Counted from the first letter of the stretch, positions 40,585 to 51,514 are shown. The stretch is DNA of 64,000 nucleotides from Opitutales bacterium (GCA_049599475.1 JBMYOQ010000009.1:1-64000), one strand, 5' to 3'. Notes: a model not told the origin generated them from the letters alone. Numbers and translations are program-made.

Positions 40585-42131
40585 AGCAAGAGTGGTTTCG
40601 TCTTGGAACGGGCTTGAGGTGTAAGGTGTTCGGAGCCTATCAATTCCGAATCCTTCAGCTTGGTCAGAGCAATCGTGGCTCCCATAGAGATCCAGAGAAA
40701 TTCGAAATCGATCGCATTGGTAGAGAATGAAAACAGGTAAAATGCCAAGAGGTTCAATCCCGCGAGCTTTATCAGTTGCTTTCGCCCGTGGTTCTCCGTT
40801 TTCAACCAACACAACAGAATCGTACAGGCTAGCACCACAATCGCGAATTTGAAGAAAACGAGAGCAAGTAAACCTGACTCTGCAAGCAGCCCCAAAGTCG
40901 TGTTATGAGGCAAGAATGGTTTCATTTCTCCCCGAGTCGTGCGGTAATTATGCCAACGGTCGAGGTAATTGCCAAACCCGACCCCGATTACCGGGTGCTC
41001 GCGTGCCATTTCGATTCCGGTCGTCCAGATACCGTATCGAGGATCATCATAGAATGCATCAAGGGATATCCCGTTTCGGTAGGAATCCCCTAGGATATCA
41101 TTTAAAAACGGGATGACACATACCACCCCGATCGCCCCGCATACCACCAACAGGCGTTTCAAGGGGTAATTAAAAAACAACAAACACAAGCCCACAAAAA
41201 AACTCGTGCTCACAAGGCCCGCTCGACTGCCAGTAGCGACAACGTTCATCGCCACCATAACACAATATCCTACAACCGCACCTCGAAGTATCAGCGATTT
41301 AGTGAACTGCCAAATCCCTAAAACAAACACGAGGGTCAACAGCATGAACCCACAGAAGTAATTCGAATCTAAGAAAGTAGAAGCCACCCGGATCCATTCA
41401 GCTTCTTCCTCGGTGTTCGCATTCTTAGTACTGACCAATCCCTGAGCGCCTCCGCCCACCAGATTATAATCCATCCCAACGAGGCTGAGAATCGACTGCC
41501 CCGTGAAAATTTCAATAATGCCGAAACCTGTAATAATGTATCCGATCGCCAGGACCGTAAAATAAAACTGCTTCAGGCGCCAAACAGATGTGATCGTATC
41601 GGCCAGCATCACCGCGATCATGTAATAAGGGATCATCTTGGTGAATAGGAAACCAAAGAAGAGACCCGAGTGATGCGCGTTCAGGTAGGAAGGCAATAGG
41701 CTCAGATAGAATAATACTACCGAGGCAAAGAAGGGATGATTCACGAATGAGGTAACCAGACGTGCATTCTTCTGCACCAAATGATTGAGCATCCATATCC
41801 CTACAACCGCCGGCATCAATATCTTGGGCAAGGTGATCGAACCATCTCCACTGATATTCGCCATAAACTGGAAGGGGATAATGAATACGAGCAACAGGAC
41901 GGCCCAGTATGGCTTAAGCAAAAGTATAATTCCACCGACCGCGCAAGGGATCAGGGGAACCGCCAATATGGGATTGGGCAAGGCCGCCAGCACAACTCCA
42001 ATCGCGAAAGCTCCGGCAATGGCCAGTACCACTGCAGCCAGAGCAAAGAAAAATTTCTCACGGCCCGATCCCTGGCGACGGTATTCCCAGGATAGCTGCT
42101 GGGATAACTTATTTGCCGCCGCAGATCCCAT
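40581..42131 (-). CDS. O-antigen ligase/Wzy-type polymerase
   Basis: Multi-TM; TGSRAG, HPVIGVGFGNY, PHNTTLGLLAESG. Confidence 0.88.
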   Translation of the reverse strand: MGSAAANKLSQQLSWEYRRQGSGREKFFFALAAVVLAIAGAFAIGVVLAALPNPILAVPLIPCAVGGIILLLKPYWAVLLLVFIIPFQFMANISGDGSITLPKILMPAVVGIWMLNHLVQKNARLVTSFVNHPFFASVVLFYLSLLPSYLNAHHSGLFFGFLFTKMIPYYMIAVMLADTITSVWRLKQFYFTVLAIGYIITGFGIIEIFTGQSILSLVGMDYNLVGGGAQGLVSTKNANTEEEAEWIRVASTFLDSNYFCGFMLLTLVFVLGIWQFTKSLILRGAVVGYCVMVAMNVVATGSRAGLVSTSFFVGLCLLFFNYPLKRLLVVCGAIGVVCVIPFLNDILGDSYRNGISLDAFYDDPRYGIWTTGIEMAREHPVIGVGFGNYLDRWHNYRTTRGEMKPFLPHNTTLGLLAESGLLALVFFKFAIVVLACTILLCWLKTENHGRKQLIKLAGLNLLAFYLFSFSTNAIDFEFLWISMGATIALTKLKDSELIGSEHLTPQARSKTKPLLL

Positions 42132-43312
42132 TAGGCAGCTGCAGGTTTCGCAGTCTTCTCAGGCGAGACTACAGATTCGTAGACAGCGGCCATGGCAGCA
42201 GCCATACCATCATCGGTGAAATGTGTCTGCACCCGCTCACGGCTCTTGGTTCCAAAACTAATCCGGCGGCCGTGATGCGTCATCAATTCGACAATCCGCT
42301 TTTCAAATTCTTCTTGGTTCCCGTGTTCACAGACGTAGCCAGTGACCCCAGACTCCACCATATCGGGATGACTTCCCGTATTGAAACACAACACAGGACG
42401 CTCCATCGCCATGGCCTCCAGAATACCATAGGGAAAATTCTCTTCCAGAGACGGCTGCACATACAGGTCAAGGCCCGCGACCAAGGTCCGCGCATCTGAG
42501 CGCCATCCAGCAAAGATAACCTCGTCTTGAAGACCTAACTCTTCAACAAGCGCTTTGAGCTTAGGAGCTTCGCCACCTTGACCGATGATCAAATTCTTAT
42601 GAGCAATTCCGGCCTTTTTGAGCGCCGCACTTCCGCGGATCAAAGCTTGGACATTCTTTGAGGGTACCAATCGTATCGCTGTTCCAATGACAAGTGTGTC
42701 AGCGGAAAAACCAAACTCCTCACGCATCTTGGAATGCTCGAGGGGAATCTCGGAGGCATCCGGAAGGCGAATCCCGTTATACACTATGTGCGACTTTGCC
42801 TCAGGTGCCCCATCGCTCAAAATATCTTGGCGCAAATCTTCAGACGCTACCACAAATGCCGCATTTCCTTGGCTTAGGATTTTGTTTTGCGCGAGCATGA
42901 ATTTTCCCAACCACACACGCTTCCCGGCGATATCTCCAATCACCTTCTTCATGTAAGTGTGGACCGTTGTGACAATCTTAGTCTTTGGGGCGATTAAGCT
43001 CGCTATGCGTCCGTAAAAATTACCGTTAAGAGTATGTGTATGGCAAATATCAATACCATTATCTATATAGTATTTGCGCAGCCGCAGAAAGGTACTCGGA
43101 TCCCCAGGCTTACTTTTGCCTGCTACAAAATAGGGCAGCCCGCGAGCCTCAGCAGCCTCTGAGACTTCCCCCTCCTCAAGTAGGGTTAAATGGCTTTCGA
43201 AGCGACTGGAGTCCATATACTCCATGAGGTTGAAAATGTAGGCAGCGCAGCCACACATTTTCTTACCAGCGTGAATGTGCGCGATACTTATACGTCGATC
43301 GGAAGATTCCAT
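42131..43312 (-). CDS. Glycosyltransferase family 4
   Basis: ENFPYGILEAMA EX7E motif. Confidence 0.92.
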   Translation of the reverse strand: MESSDRRISIAHIHAGKKMCGCAAYIFNLMEYMDSSRFESHLTLLEEGEVSEAAEARGLPYFVAGKSKPGDPSTFLRLRKYYIDNGIDICHTHTLNGNFYGRIASLIAPKTKIVTTVHTYMKKVIGDIAGKRVWLGKFMLAQNKILSQGNAAFVVASEDLRQDILSDGAPEAKSHIVYNGIRLPDASEIPLEHSKMREEFGFSADTLVIGTAIRLVPSKNVQALIRGSAALKKAGIAHKNLIIGQGGEAPKLKALVEELGLQDEVIFAGWRSDARTLVAGLDLYVQPSLEENFPYGILEAMAMERPVLCFNTGSHPDMVESGVTGYVCEHGNQEEFEKRIVELMTHHGRRISFGTKSRERVQTHFTDDGMAAAMAAVYESVVSPEKTAKPAAA

Positions 43313-43329
43313 GGCAACTCAATGATCCC

Positions 43330-44454
43330 TTAAAAGTGGTCTTTATCTCCATGGGTTAAGTACCAGGATTTTAGATCCAAGATACTGTTCAGCTCTTCAT
43401 CATCTTTTTGTTTTCTTACAATCAAGTTATGGGGGGTCGCTCTTTCCTGAAAGCCCAACTTTACGAGCATGTCATGGATGCGCATATGAGGTAGGCACCA
43501 GACGGAAATGATTTCCACATTGCTCGCGATCAAGGCATCCTGCGCCTCGCGGAAAAGTCGACTCAAGATATCCTCCGTGGGCACATCATCGGATTCCCTG
43601 ATGAAGAAATCTAAAATCTCACCGCGTTTCGCCGCATTTACCTGGACATTCAAAGTGGAAAAAGTGCGAAAGCCTTTCTTTTCTTCAAAAATAATATAAC
43701 CCAAAACCTCGCCTCGGCGAACAGCCGCCAGCGCCTGAAACTTCTGAACCGGATTGCTTGTGTATCGCCAATTCAAATACTCAGCATCCCGATTTGCAAT
43801 CACATCATAATTGTCTTTCTCCGCTTCCCAGAGTGCATCGAAGCGCTCGTCGAAAGAATTAATTTTTTCAATTGTGATATCGGAACCTAAATCAGTCTTG
43901 GGTGCGCGCTTGTTCTTGATCTTAAGAATAGGACGTATGAACGCGCCCAATACCTTGGAAAGCCCAGGCACTTTTACTTTTTGAGCCAAATACGGCGAAG
44001 GGTCGTAGACCTGAACCATCTTGATAATTTGGCCAATGTCTGTAAACCCGAGCGCCTTGGTTGCCACCTTACGAGTAATCTCGATGGAAAACCCATATGA
44101 CATGTCGGTGCCATCTTCTGCCATCAAATCGCGCGCCAGACGCTCCAATTTAAAAAATGAGCGCCCTCCCCGATGTTCATCTAAAATAACAATGTCCTGG
44201 GCTTGGCCACCACTGCGTACCTTACCTCGAATCGAAAAGGGGTAATTAGAAACCCCCGTTTGGCCAACGATCGCACCTTCTCCATCCTTGGCCACAGCGA
44301 TATTATAACGACCCCCGGGTCGCTCTAAGTATTTCCATTTCCAAAATGCCTCATCTCGGGTAACACTGTAAAATTTTTCATGAAGAACCGTAAGTTTAGG
44401 GTTATCCTCAAACTCAAAGGTTTCAATCGACAGTGCGGATGCTTTGGTGCTCAT
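43330..44454 (-). CDS. GNAT family acyltransferase
   Basis: WKWKY...P, DIVILDEHRGG, YLNWRY, GDKD C-terminus. Confidence 0.8.
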   Translation of the reverse strand: MSTKASALSIETFEFEDNPKLTVLHEKFYSVTRDEAFWKWKYLERPGGRYNIAVAKDGEGAIVGQTGVSNYPFSIRGKVRSGGQAQDIVILDEHRGGRSFFKLERLARDLMAEDGTDMSYGFSIEITRKVATKALGFTDIGQIIKMVQVYDPSPYLAQKVKVPGLSKVLGAFIRPILKIKNKRAPKTDLGSDITIEKINSFDERFDALWEAEKDNYDVIANRDAEYLNWRYTSNPVQKFQALAAVRRGEVLGYIIFEEKKGFRTFSTLNVQVNAAKRGEILDFFIRESDDVPTEDILSRLFREAQDALIASNVEIISVWCLPHMRIHDMLVKLGFQERATPHNLIVRKQKDDEELNSILDLKSWYLTHGDKDHF

Positions 44455-44498
44455 CGGGGGTTTGAATTTATGTGGTTTTAAATTGGATACAAAATTTC

Positions 44499-45122
44499 TT
44501 AAAAAAGATCGTCTATAAATTTCGGTATATAGCTCTTGTAACGATTAAAAACGGTTCCGAGTAGGTTGCCGCCATCTTGCGCTATACCCTCGCAGGTATC
44601 TTTAATTACCAAATTACTGGGCCCCTGATGCTTCACAACAAGGAGAGTATCTTTGATAATGCTGATCATAATACCAGTCACGCGCACCGATTCATATGCC
44701 GGTAAATCAAAAATCACGTGATCAAAATGCTTATCCAGCTCCTCTATCAAAGATGCGAGCGCCTTGGGAGCTTCCACGATAAGATCGCCCTCGCTTCCAG
44801 TCGCAATCGTAGGGAACTCGATGTCTTCAAGCGAAGTAAGATCCCCACTTGCTGTTGGATTCGCCAGAAGGTCAAAGAGCGTGGGTGTGTTCTCAGTGAT
44901 AACGGAGTCGGGCAACGAATGATACGGGTTTGCATCGATAAGCAATACACGACGCCCTTTCTGGCTCAGCACATTTGCGATGTTTTGGCAGATAGTGCTC
45001 TTACCTTCACGCGGACCGCTACTAGTTACAGCAAGACAGGTCCCACACTGTCCACTTGATTGGGCAACCAGAAGCGAATTCGCAACGGTTTCCAAAGAGA
45101 AGAGTTGTTTTTTGTTGGCCAC
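44499..45122 (-). CDS. CpsD/CapB-type tyrosine kinase (Wzc C-terminal domain)
   Basis: SSGPREGKST, LLIDAN, VIFDLP, LGTVFNR. Confidence 0.88.
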   Translation of the reverse strand: MANKKQLFSLETVANSLLVAQSSGQCGTCLAVTSSGPREGKSTICQNIANVLSQKGRRVLLIDANPYHSLPDSVITENTPTLFDLLANPTASGDLTSLEDIEFPTIATGSEGDLIVEAPKALASLIEELDKHFDHVIFDLPAYESVRVTGIMISIIKDTLLVVKHQGPSNLVIKDTCEGIAQDGGNLLGTVFNRYKSYIPKFIDDLF

Positions 45123-45151
45123 AGTAGAGAGAGATAAAATGTGTTTAAGCC

Positions 45152-46519
45152 TTACTTCGAAAGGAATCGCAAAGAGCGGTCGAGCTTAGGCACTGTGCCC
45201 CAAACCGGAACCTCCGCGAGCTCTTCAAGCTCTTGGCGACGGAACGGATAGTTGAGGAAGAATTCTAGGACGAAGGGGAAACCGACCCCGAGCCCTGCAG
45301 CAAACACGACGATTACTGGGACAAAGAGCACTAAGTCTGGCCAATCTGGATCCGCGCTTTCAGATACCGGCATGCGGTCCACTACAGTCATACCGAATTC
45401 ACCGAGCTGGCTCCCTTGTTGGATGCCCAATTCTTGGATTTTCTCCTCGAGTTGGAAGTAGATGTGTTCAGTAAGGTTAAGATCGTTTTGAAGCGCTGTG
45501 TATTCGTTTTCGCGCTTTATCACATCGTCGATTTCTAAGCTAACCTCTTCGAGGTTTTTCTCGAGGTTCTCGCGGCGCCCGCGATTTCCGGCAATGGTGA
45601 TCTCCAAATCACTGATGGTAGACGTGATCTCCTCCTGCTTACTTGGCGAGAGCCTTGAATTCTGAGCCTGCTTGTTCGCTTCGGCCAACTCTTGTTGGAG
45701 AGCAGCATTTGCAGTGCGCACCGAGCTAAGCTGTTCCTCAAGTCCTTCCTTGTGTTCCAGAAGGAGGCGTTTCTCGTCGGCGAAAGATGCGACACGCAGC
45801 GTCACTTTCAGATTCTCCACTTCATCTCTCAGTTTTACATAACGCTGCTTGTATTCCTCTCCCTGAGACACCGCGAAATTATATGCCTCGGTGGCTTCCG
45901 AGCGGTTGAGCTCAAGCAATGTTTTGATGAGTAATTGAGTCACTCGCGTGACCATCTCGTTCGCGATTTCTGGATTTTCTCCAAAAATCGCAATTTCGAT
46001 GATTTCGGTGTCTTCGACGAGTTCGACGTCGAGCATCTCCTCAATGAAAGCTTCGATTGCATCTGCTCTCCAGTCATCTGGAGTGGTTCCCAACCAACCT
46101 TTTTCGACGGCGTAATCCTTAGGCCACAAGATAAAATTGACGATCCCCATCTTAAACTGATCGCGGAAGTGCTCGGGCTCTTCTTTTGATTTCCGGAGAC
46201 GTTCAGCTAGATCGAATTCGTCGACAATCCGTCCCGCCAGAATCTCGCTCTGGAGGATGTTTATAATGTTGTTATTATAATTTACCCGCGTGTTCAGCTC
46301 TCCAGGAGTCGTGACGTCGCGAAACAGTCCTAGCTGCTGCTTGTAGTTGTGCTCCACCAGTACCCGCGTCGCCGCGCGGTAAGTAGGTGTCACCAAAATG
46401 GTGAGAAACAACATCAACACGGATGTAATTCCAAAGATACTCACCATCATCCACTTGCGTCGGAAGAAGACGTAAACGGTATGCTTAATGAGTTTTTCAG
46501 CTGATTCGTCGATAATCAC
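45152..46519 (-). CDS. Polysaccharide co-polymerase (GumC/Wzc N-terminal part)
   Basis: Two TMs flanking coiled coil; PTYRA; PVWGTVP. Confidence 0.88.
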   Translation of the reverse strand: MIIDESAEKLIKHTVYVFFRRKWMMVSIFGITSVLMLFLTILVTPTYRAATRVLVEHNYKQQLGLFRDVTTPGELNTRVNYNNNIINILQSEILAGRIVDEFDLAERLRKSKEEPEHFRDQFKMGIVNFILWPKDYAVEKGWLGTTPDDWRADAIEAFIEEMLDVELVEDTEIIEIAIFGENPEIANEMVTRVTQLLIKTLLELNRSEATEAYNFAVSQGEEYKQRYVKLRDEVENLKVTLRVASFADEKRLLLEHKEGLEEQLSSVRTANAALQQELAEANKQAQNSRLSPSKQEEITSTISDLEITIAGNRGRRENLEKNLEEVSLEIDDVIKRENEYTALQNDLNLTEHIYFQLEEKIQELGIQQGSQLGEFGMTVVDRMPVSESADPDWPDLVLFVPVIVVFAAGLGVGFPFVLEFFLNYPFRRQELEELAEVPVWGTVPKLDRSLRFLSK

Positions 46520-46531
46520 AAGAGCAGTAAT

Positions 46532-48100
46532 TTAGGATGCCATTCTGCGAAGAAATTTCCGCGCAAAGATTTGAGTTATTTTTTGCATCTCGGCCACCCG
46601 CAGCACGGACAATGCCGCGATGCCGACTACACTCATCGCTACAAAAGCGATGGCGGCGAAGGCCCATTCTGAGAGGCTATTCGTTGAGAAAAGATCGCTG
46701 GGCAAAAGGAACCAGACGGGTATCGATGCGAGAGCCATCCCGAGAAGCACCTTCCCCAGGAATACAAAAAACGGGCGGTCGATAAAAATACCTATTCGTT
46801 TGGATAGCAGATACATAAGGCCGAACATTTGGAAGGTCGTGGCCACACTGTATGCACCTCCAAGACCAGCAACTCCAAAACCAGCGAGATAAGATAAGAA
46901 GTATATCGTAGCAAGATTTACGACGAGGAACACCGTCGAACTACGGAAAATAATGGTGGATTCGTTGAGAGAGTGAAACGTCCGCAGAAGGATAATATTT
47001 GCTGCACCCGAGAGGATGGCTGGTGAGTGAAATGCGAGTGTCATACTCAAGGCCGAGAGATTTTCCGCATCCATGCCACCGGAGAAGAGGATGTCCACCA
47101 CCACGTCTCGGAAGAGGAAAAACGCGACGGTATACGGCAGGAATATAAATAGAATACCGCGCAAGATCATCGTGACGGATGCACGCAAAACTGATGGGTC
47201 ATCCGCGTCGGCCTCTTTGGACAGCTTCGGCATCAACACCTTGCCCAGGGCCATGCCTCCCATAAAGGGGAAACCCGTGACCAAGCGCACCGAATAGTTG
47301 AAGATCGTTACTTTGCCATCGCCTAAGGTCGTGGCAAAAGCTTGTGCGATAATCATCGCGGCCTGGCCTGCAGAAACTCCGTAGAAAATGGACATCAAAG
47401 CCTTGTACCCGCCCTTCAAGGTGCGGAATCCCAAACGTGGATCGAGCGATGGGAGCAGCTTAAAGCGGCGAATCGCGAAGAAATTAAGGAGGAGAAATCC
47501 TAGAAGGGCTCCGGTCGAGGTGCCTACAGCGACACCCTGTAGCCCCATTAGCGGAGACAGAAACACGATACCTACGATGGTGCCAAAAGAGGTCAGGGCC
47601 GAGGCCAATTCAGCGGGCAAGAAGATATGTTTCAGATTGAGGTAGGACTCGATCACAGAGTTTGTCCCCAAGAGAAAATACAGAGGCAGCACCGTCATCG
47701 CGATTTTGAAGGCGGAGGCATATTGCTCCTCATCGAAACCCGGCGCTTGAAAATGCAGAATGGTCGGTGAGCAAACTGCAAAGAGTGCAGTGAAGATTAA
47801 CAAAAGCCCTCCCACTGCTGTAATCGTCGAACGTACCGCCTTTCGGCAGGCTTGCTCGCCTTCATTTGAATGAATTCTCGTGAAGACGGGAACGAGCGAG
47901 ATGCTCAATGCACGCGCAATTTGCGCGGCGATGATAATGGGCAAAAGACGTCCGATAAAAAAGGCGTCCGTTACGTCATTGGATCCGTATTTGCGGGCTA
48001 TTAACAAGATAGCAATGAAGCCTGCTAAGCTCCCCGCCATCTTGATAATCGTGACCTTCAAAGAGGAGGCTACGATGTTCGGCTGTGCCTGATCGCTCAT
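46532..48100 (-). CDS. MurJ/MOP family lipid-linked oligosaccharide flippase
   Basis: YG...TDAFF, VPVF, NYSVRL, LMPKLS; ~14 TM. Confidence 0.85.
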   Translation of the reverse strand: MSDQAQPNIVASSLKVTIIKMAGSLAGFIAILLIARKYGSNDVTDAFFIGRLLPIIIAAQIARALSISLVPVFTRIHSNEGEQACRKAVRSTITAVGGLLLIFTALFAVCSPTILHFQAPGFDEEQYASAFKIAMTVLPLYFLLGTNSVIESYLNLKHIFLPAELASALTSFGTIVGIVFLSPLMGLQGVAVGTSTGALLGFLLLNFFAIRRFKLLPSLDPRLGFRTLKGGYKALMSIFYGVSAGQAAMIIAQAFATTLGDGKVTIFNYSVRLVTGFPFMGGMALGKVLMPKLSKEADADDPSVLRASVTMILRGILFIFLPYTVAFFLFRDVVVDILFSGGMDAENLSALSMTLAFHSPAILSGAANIILLRTFHSLNESTIIFRSSTVFLVVNLATIYFLSYLAGFGVAGLGGAYSVATTFQMFGLMYLLSKRIGIFIDRPFFVFLGKVLLGMALASIPVWFLLPSDLFSTNSLSEWAFAAIAFVAMSVVGIAALSVLRVAEMQKITQIFARKFLRRMAS

Positions 48101-48132
48101 TTATTGAATAGGAATGTTCCCTCGGACGAACC

Positions 48133-48939
48133 CTACGGCTCTTGATTCGGATCTGCCTGTTGATCTTCCTCATCGTCCCTCACGCCGATCGTCGTGTTAT
48201 TCAGATTATATCCAGCACTGAAACGGATGAAATCTGGAATCAAATTGTTGATGTAAAAATCGACGAAGTCGCCGGCATAGGCGATGTCACGCTTTGGCAC
48301 GTAAACAATGTCTCCCGGGAAAAGGTTCAACGCGCCTTGGTCCCAGCGATCTTCCTGAGTCAGGTCCAAGACTACACCTTCGACACCCTCACTCGTATTG
48401 CGAATTACAGACACTTTGCTCAAGTCTGCCGAGCGGCGTGTGCCTCCTGCGAGAGCGATGGCATGGAAAACATTCACGCGCATCGAGCGTGTCTGCAGTG
48501 CCTGAGGATCTCCCACTTCACCGTCGATGTAGATGACCCGTCGTGAAATATCGCGGACGATTACGGTGAGACGTGGGTTATCAATTACTTCGGTGAAGGC
48601 CTGCGTGAGCTCATCTGCAAGCTCTTCAGGTGTTTTACCCACAGCAATTTTTGGCTCGATCAGGTTTAGATTGATCACGCCATCCGGACGGATACGGAGT
48701 GTTTCATTAAGCTCAGGGTCATAATAAAACTTCACCTGAATCTCATCTCCAGGATACAGATAGAAGGCCTGGTCCTTATCAACTGGAGGGCGAAAATCCG
48801 ACGAGAACGCGGTGGACCGTTCATGGTATGACGGGAACGGCGAGTCTTCAATCGTTGAGCAACCAGTAAAGCCCAGGAAGGCCGCTATAGGAAACAGAAA
48901 CGCTGCTGATTTGAGAGAGAATTTAGGCAGGTATTGCAT
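48133..48939 (-). CDS. Polysaccharide export lipoprotein (Wza/OPX)
   Basis: Lipobox FTGC; LYPGDEI, IRPDG.I, GEV..P, LFPGDIVYVP. Confidence 0.9.
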   Translation of the reverse strand: MQYLPKFSLKSAAFLFPIAAFLGFTGCSTIEDSPFPSYHERSTAFSSDFRPPVDKDQAFYLYPGDEIQVKFYYDPELNETLRIRPDGVINLNLIEPKIAVGKTPEELADELTQAFTEVIDNPRLTVIVRDISRRVIYIDGEVGDPQALQTRSMRVNVFHAIALAGGTRRSADLSKVSVIRNTSEGVEGVVLDLTQEDRWDQGALNLFPGDIVYVPKRDIAYAGDFVDFYINNLIPDFIRFSAGYNLNNTTIGVRDDEEDQQADPNQEP

Positions 48940-50134
48940 AGCTTTCGAGACGAGAGGGAGCCTCTAGGAGCTCCGTGTATTTATTTATAAAATCGGTCTT
49001 ATACACTTCCCAAGTGTACTTCGCTCGGGAGGCTTTCGACGCGTTTTCAGCAAAGGATTGTCGGCGTGAAGGGTCAGCCGCAAGGGCAATTATCGCATCT
49101 GCCAGTTCTTCGGCCTTGGTTTCATCGACGATCAATCCGGAATCACTCTCATTGAGGATTTCTTTGACCTCGCCCATATCTGTAGCAACGAGCGGCACCC
49201 CGCAGCTCATGGCATCAAACAGCTTAGTCGGCGTAATTGGAGCAAACCATTTTGTCCGGCGATAAAGCACCGTTCCGATGTCAATGCGTCCGTAAAGCTC
49301 CGGAATATCAGTCATCGGAAAAGCCCCTATGACCTCGACCGAATCTCCAAACGGCGCACATAGCGTTTCATAGGTCTCTTTGTAATTGTCGAAGACACGT
49401 CCTGCTAGCAGGAGTTTGAATTTCTGGGTCAACTCGCCACTTTTCACCTTTTCCAAGATGATTTTATAGGCGTCCAACAGCTCTTCGATCCCATTGTCTT
49501 CGTAGACAGAGCCCACGCGGCCGATAGTGATCACGTCCTTTTCAAATTCGCGAGTGCCCGATGCTTCAAATTTGAGTGTGGGATACGAGCCGGCTTTGAG
49601 GACATTTTTGAGTCCATGGGCTTCAAATTTGCGCACCTGATAGTCATTGTGCACACAGAGGAAATCGTAGCGTTTGGAGAACTGAGCTTCGACAAAGTTG
49701 ATCGCGTTGAGCAAGAAACTCCGTTTGCCGTCCCACATCGCATAGTAATTGGGCTCACACAGATCGAGGACTGCCTTCGCTCCAATTGATCGGGCGGTCA
49801 CCAAGCTAGTGACAATCGTATCCAGATTGTAGCAGTGCACGATGTCCGGCTTATGTTCCTTGAGGTACTTTCTGACGGCCCGGTTGAATTTGAACATATT
49901 CACGATGTTCTTCGGCCCGCTACCCACCGGAGCTTTGATCTGAAAGCGAATGACCTTCACACCATCAAGCGTCTCTTTCTCAGGACCTTGGCATTCGCGA
50001 TCCCAAGCGAGAATGGTAACATCGAAACCAGCTTCGACCAAGCTTTTCGCCTGGTTGATCACGCGCATATATCGGCCCTGGAATGGCTTAAAACTCATTC
50101 CGAAGCTCATCACGACTCGCGGTTGCTCGCTCAT
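48923..50134 (-). CDS. Glycosyltransferase family 4
   Basis: PTKLFDAMSCGVPLV; GT-B pattern. Confidence 0.9.
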   Translation of the reverse strand: MSEQPRVVMSFGMSFKPFQGRYMRVINQAKSLVEAGFDVTILAWDRECQGPEKETLDGVKVIRFQIKAPVGSGPKNIVNMFKFNRAVRKYLKEHKPDIVHCYNLDTIVTSLVTARSIGAKAVLDLCEPNYYAMWDGKRSFLLNAINFVEAQFSKRYDFLCVHNDYQVRKFEAHGLKNVLKAGSYPTLKFEASGTREFEKDVITIGRVGSVYEDNGIEELLDAYKIILEKVKSGELTQKFKLLLAGRVFDNYKETYETLCAPFGDSVEVIGAFPMTDIPELYGRIDIGTVLYRRTKWFAPITPTKLFDAMSCGVPLVATDMGEVKEILNESDSGLIVDETKAEELADAIIALAADPSRRQSFAENASKASRAKYTWEVYKTDFINKYTELLEAPSRLESYAIPA

Positions 50135-50163
50135 GTGTCCGATCCCGTTAAGTATGCCCGAGA

Positions 50164-51351
50164 CTAGGCCTCGACCGGCTCCCCGCTTGTTTCTTCAGAC
50201 CTCATCACGGTGCGATCGAAAGCACGCAGAGCCATCAAGATGCATTGGTCCATATTGAGGTATTTGTAGATCGCAAGGCGGCCTACAAAATGGACATTCT
50301 CCTCGGCATCCGCGAGGGCCTTGTATTTGCGGTAAATTTCCTTCGATTCGTCGTTGGGCACCGGATAATAGGCCTCTTCTCCACGAACGTAGTCGGCAGG
50401 ATACTCTTTGACGATGGTCGAATTTGTGCAGGCCTGCCCAGTTGCGTGCTTCACTTCCACAATACGGGTGTAGTCGTGATCGTTCGGGTAATTCACCTGC
50501 ATCTCTGGCTGGTAGAATCCTGGTTTCCCGCTAATGGCCTCACGTTCCTTGAGCTGCTCTGCATCAAAATGCTCATGCTCAAAAGTCAAAGAGCGATAGG
50601 GCAGATCGCCGTAGCAGAAGTCAAAGTAGGCATCGACCGGGCCCGTGTAGAACATTTGGTCGTATTCAATCGTATCAATGACTTCGCGGTAGTCCGTGTT
50701 GAGCATGATCTTGAGCTTGTCCCCGCAGGACTTCACCAAATTCTTAAAGAGCACGTTGTAACCAGCTTTCGGCAGAGCCTGGAACTCTTCGCGTAGATAG
50801 CGACCGTCGCGGTTGGTACGAATTGGGATACGGCCACAGACCGATGCATCGAGCTCCTTCGGGTGGCGCTTCCACTGCTTGAGTGTATACCCCTTAAAGA
50901 AAAGTTCGTAGAGCTCCCAGCCCACCTGGGAAATGATGACTTCCTCGGAGTTGGTCGGGTTCTCGATAGGCACCTTATTCTCTTCCAGCCATTGCTCGAA
51001 TTCTTCGGTGGTACTCTCGCGACCAAGGTACTGCTCAAAAGTCTCTAGATTGACCGGGAACTTCCAATACTTGTCGCGGGTATGGCTACGGACTTTGTAT
51101 TCGACCGGACGCCATTCAGTGAACTGCGACAAATAATCCTTCACCTCCTGAGAATTGGTGCGGAAGTAATGAGGCCCATATTTGTGGATCAAAACACCGT
51201 GCTCATCATACTCGTCCATAGAGTTTCCGCCGATGTGATCGCGTTTTTCGACGACGAGGCATGTCTTGCCCGTCACATTTATAATACGTTCAGCGAGGAC
51301 CAGGCCGGAAAAGCCAGCGCCCACAATCAAGAAATCGAATTTCGGAAACAC
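50164..51351 (-). CDS. glf: UDP-galactopyranose mutase
   Basis: GAGFSG, HIGGN, HKYGPH, LPYRSL, GRLA.YKY.NMDQ. Confidence 0.97.
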   Translation of the reverse strand: MFPKFDFLIVGAGFSGLVLAERIINVTGKTCLVVEKRDHIGGNSMDEYDEHGVLIHKYGPHYFRTNSQEVKDYLSQFTEWRPVEYKVRSHTRDKYWKFPVNLETFEQYLGRESTTEEFEQWLEENKVPIENPTNSEEVIISQVGWELYELFFKGYTLKQWKRHPKELDASVCGRIPIRTNRDGRYLREEFQALPKAGYNVLFKNLVKSCGDKLKIMLNTDYREVIDTIEYDQMFYTGPVDAYFDFCYGDLPYRSLTFEHEHFDAEQLKEREAISGKPGFYQPEMQVNYPNDHDYTRIVEVKHATGQACTNSTIVKEYPADYVRGEEAYYPVPNDESKEIYRKYKALADAEENVHFVGRLAIYKYLNMDQCILMALRAFDRTVMRSEETSGEPVEA

Positions 51352-51514
51352 AGTAGTTAGAGATGAGTTAATCGTTGATAATCAGAGCCTAAGAGAAAAC
51401 TCAGCTGACGGTTCAAACGCACAGGTCCTTCGTGAACAACGAAAATTTCGTCTCCAAAGCGATTTTAACCTGATTGCCTTATTGATCATCTGACTCTCCC
51501 AGCCAGACGAACAG

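Noticed and set aside
40585..40812. N-terminal extension of the 672-aa ORF
   Set aside because: It overlaps the wzy-like gene; the signal peptide and ATGA coupling point to a start at 40584
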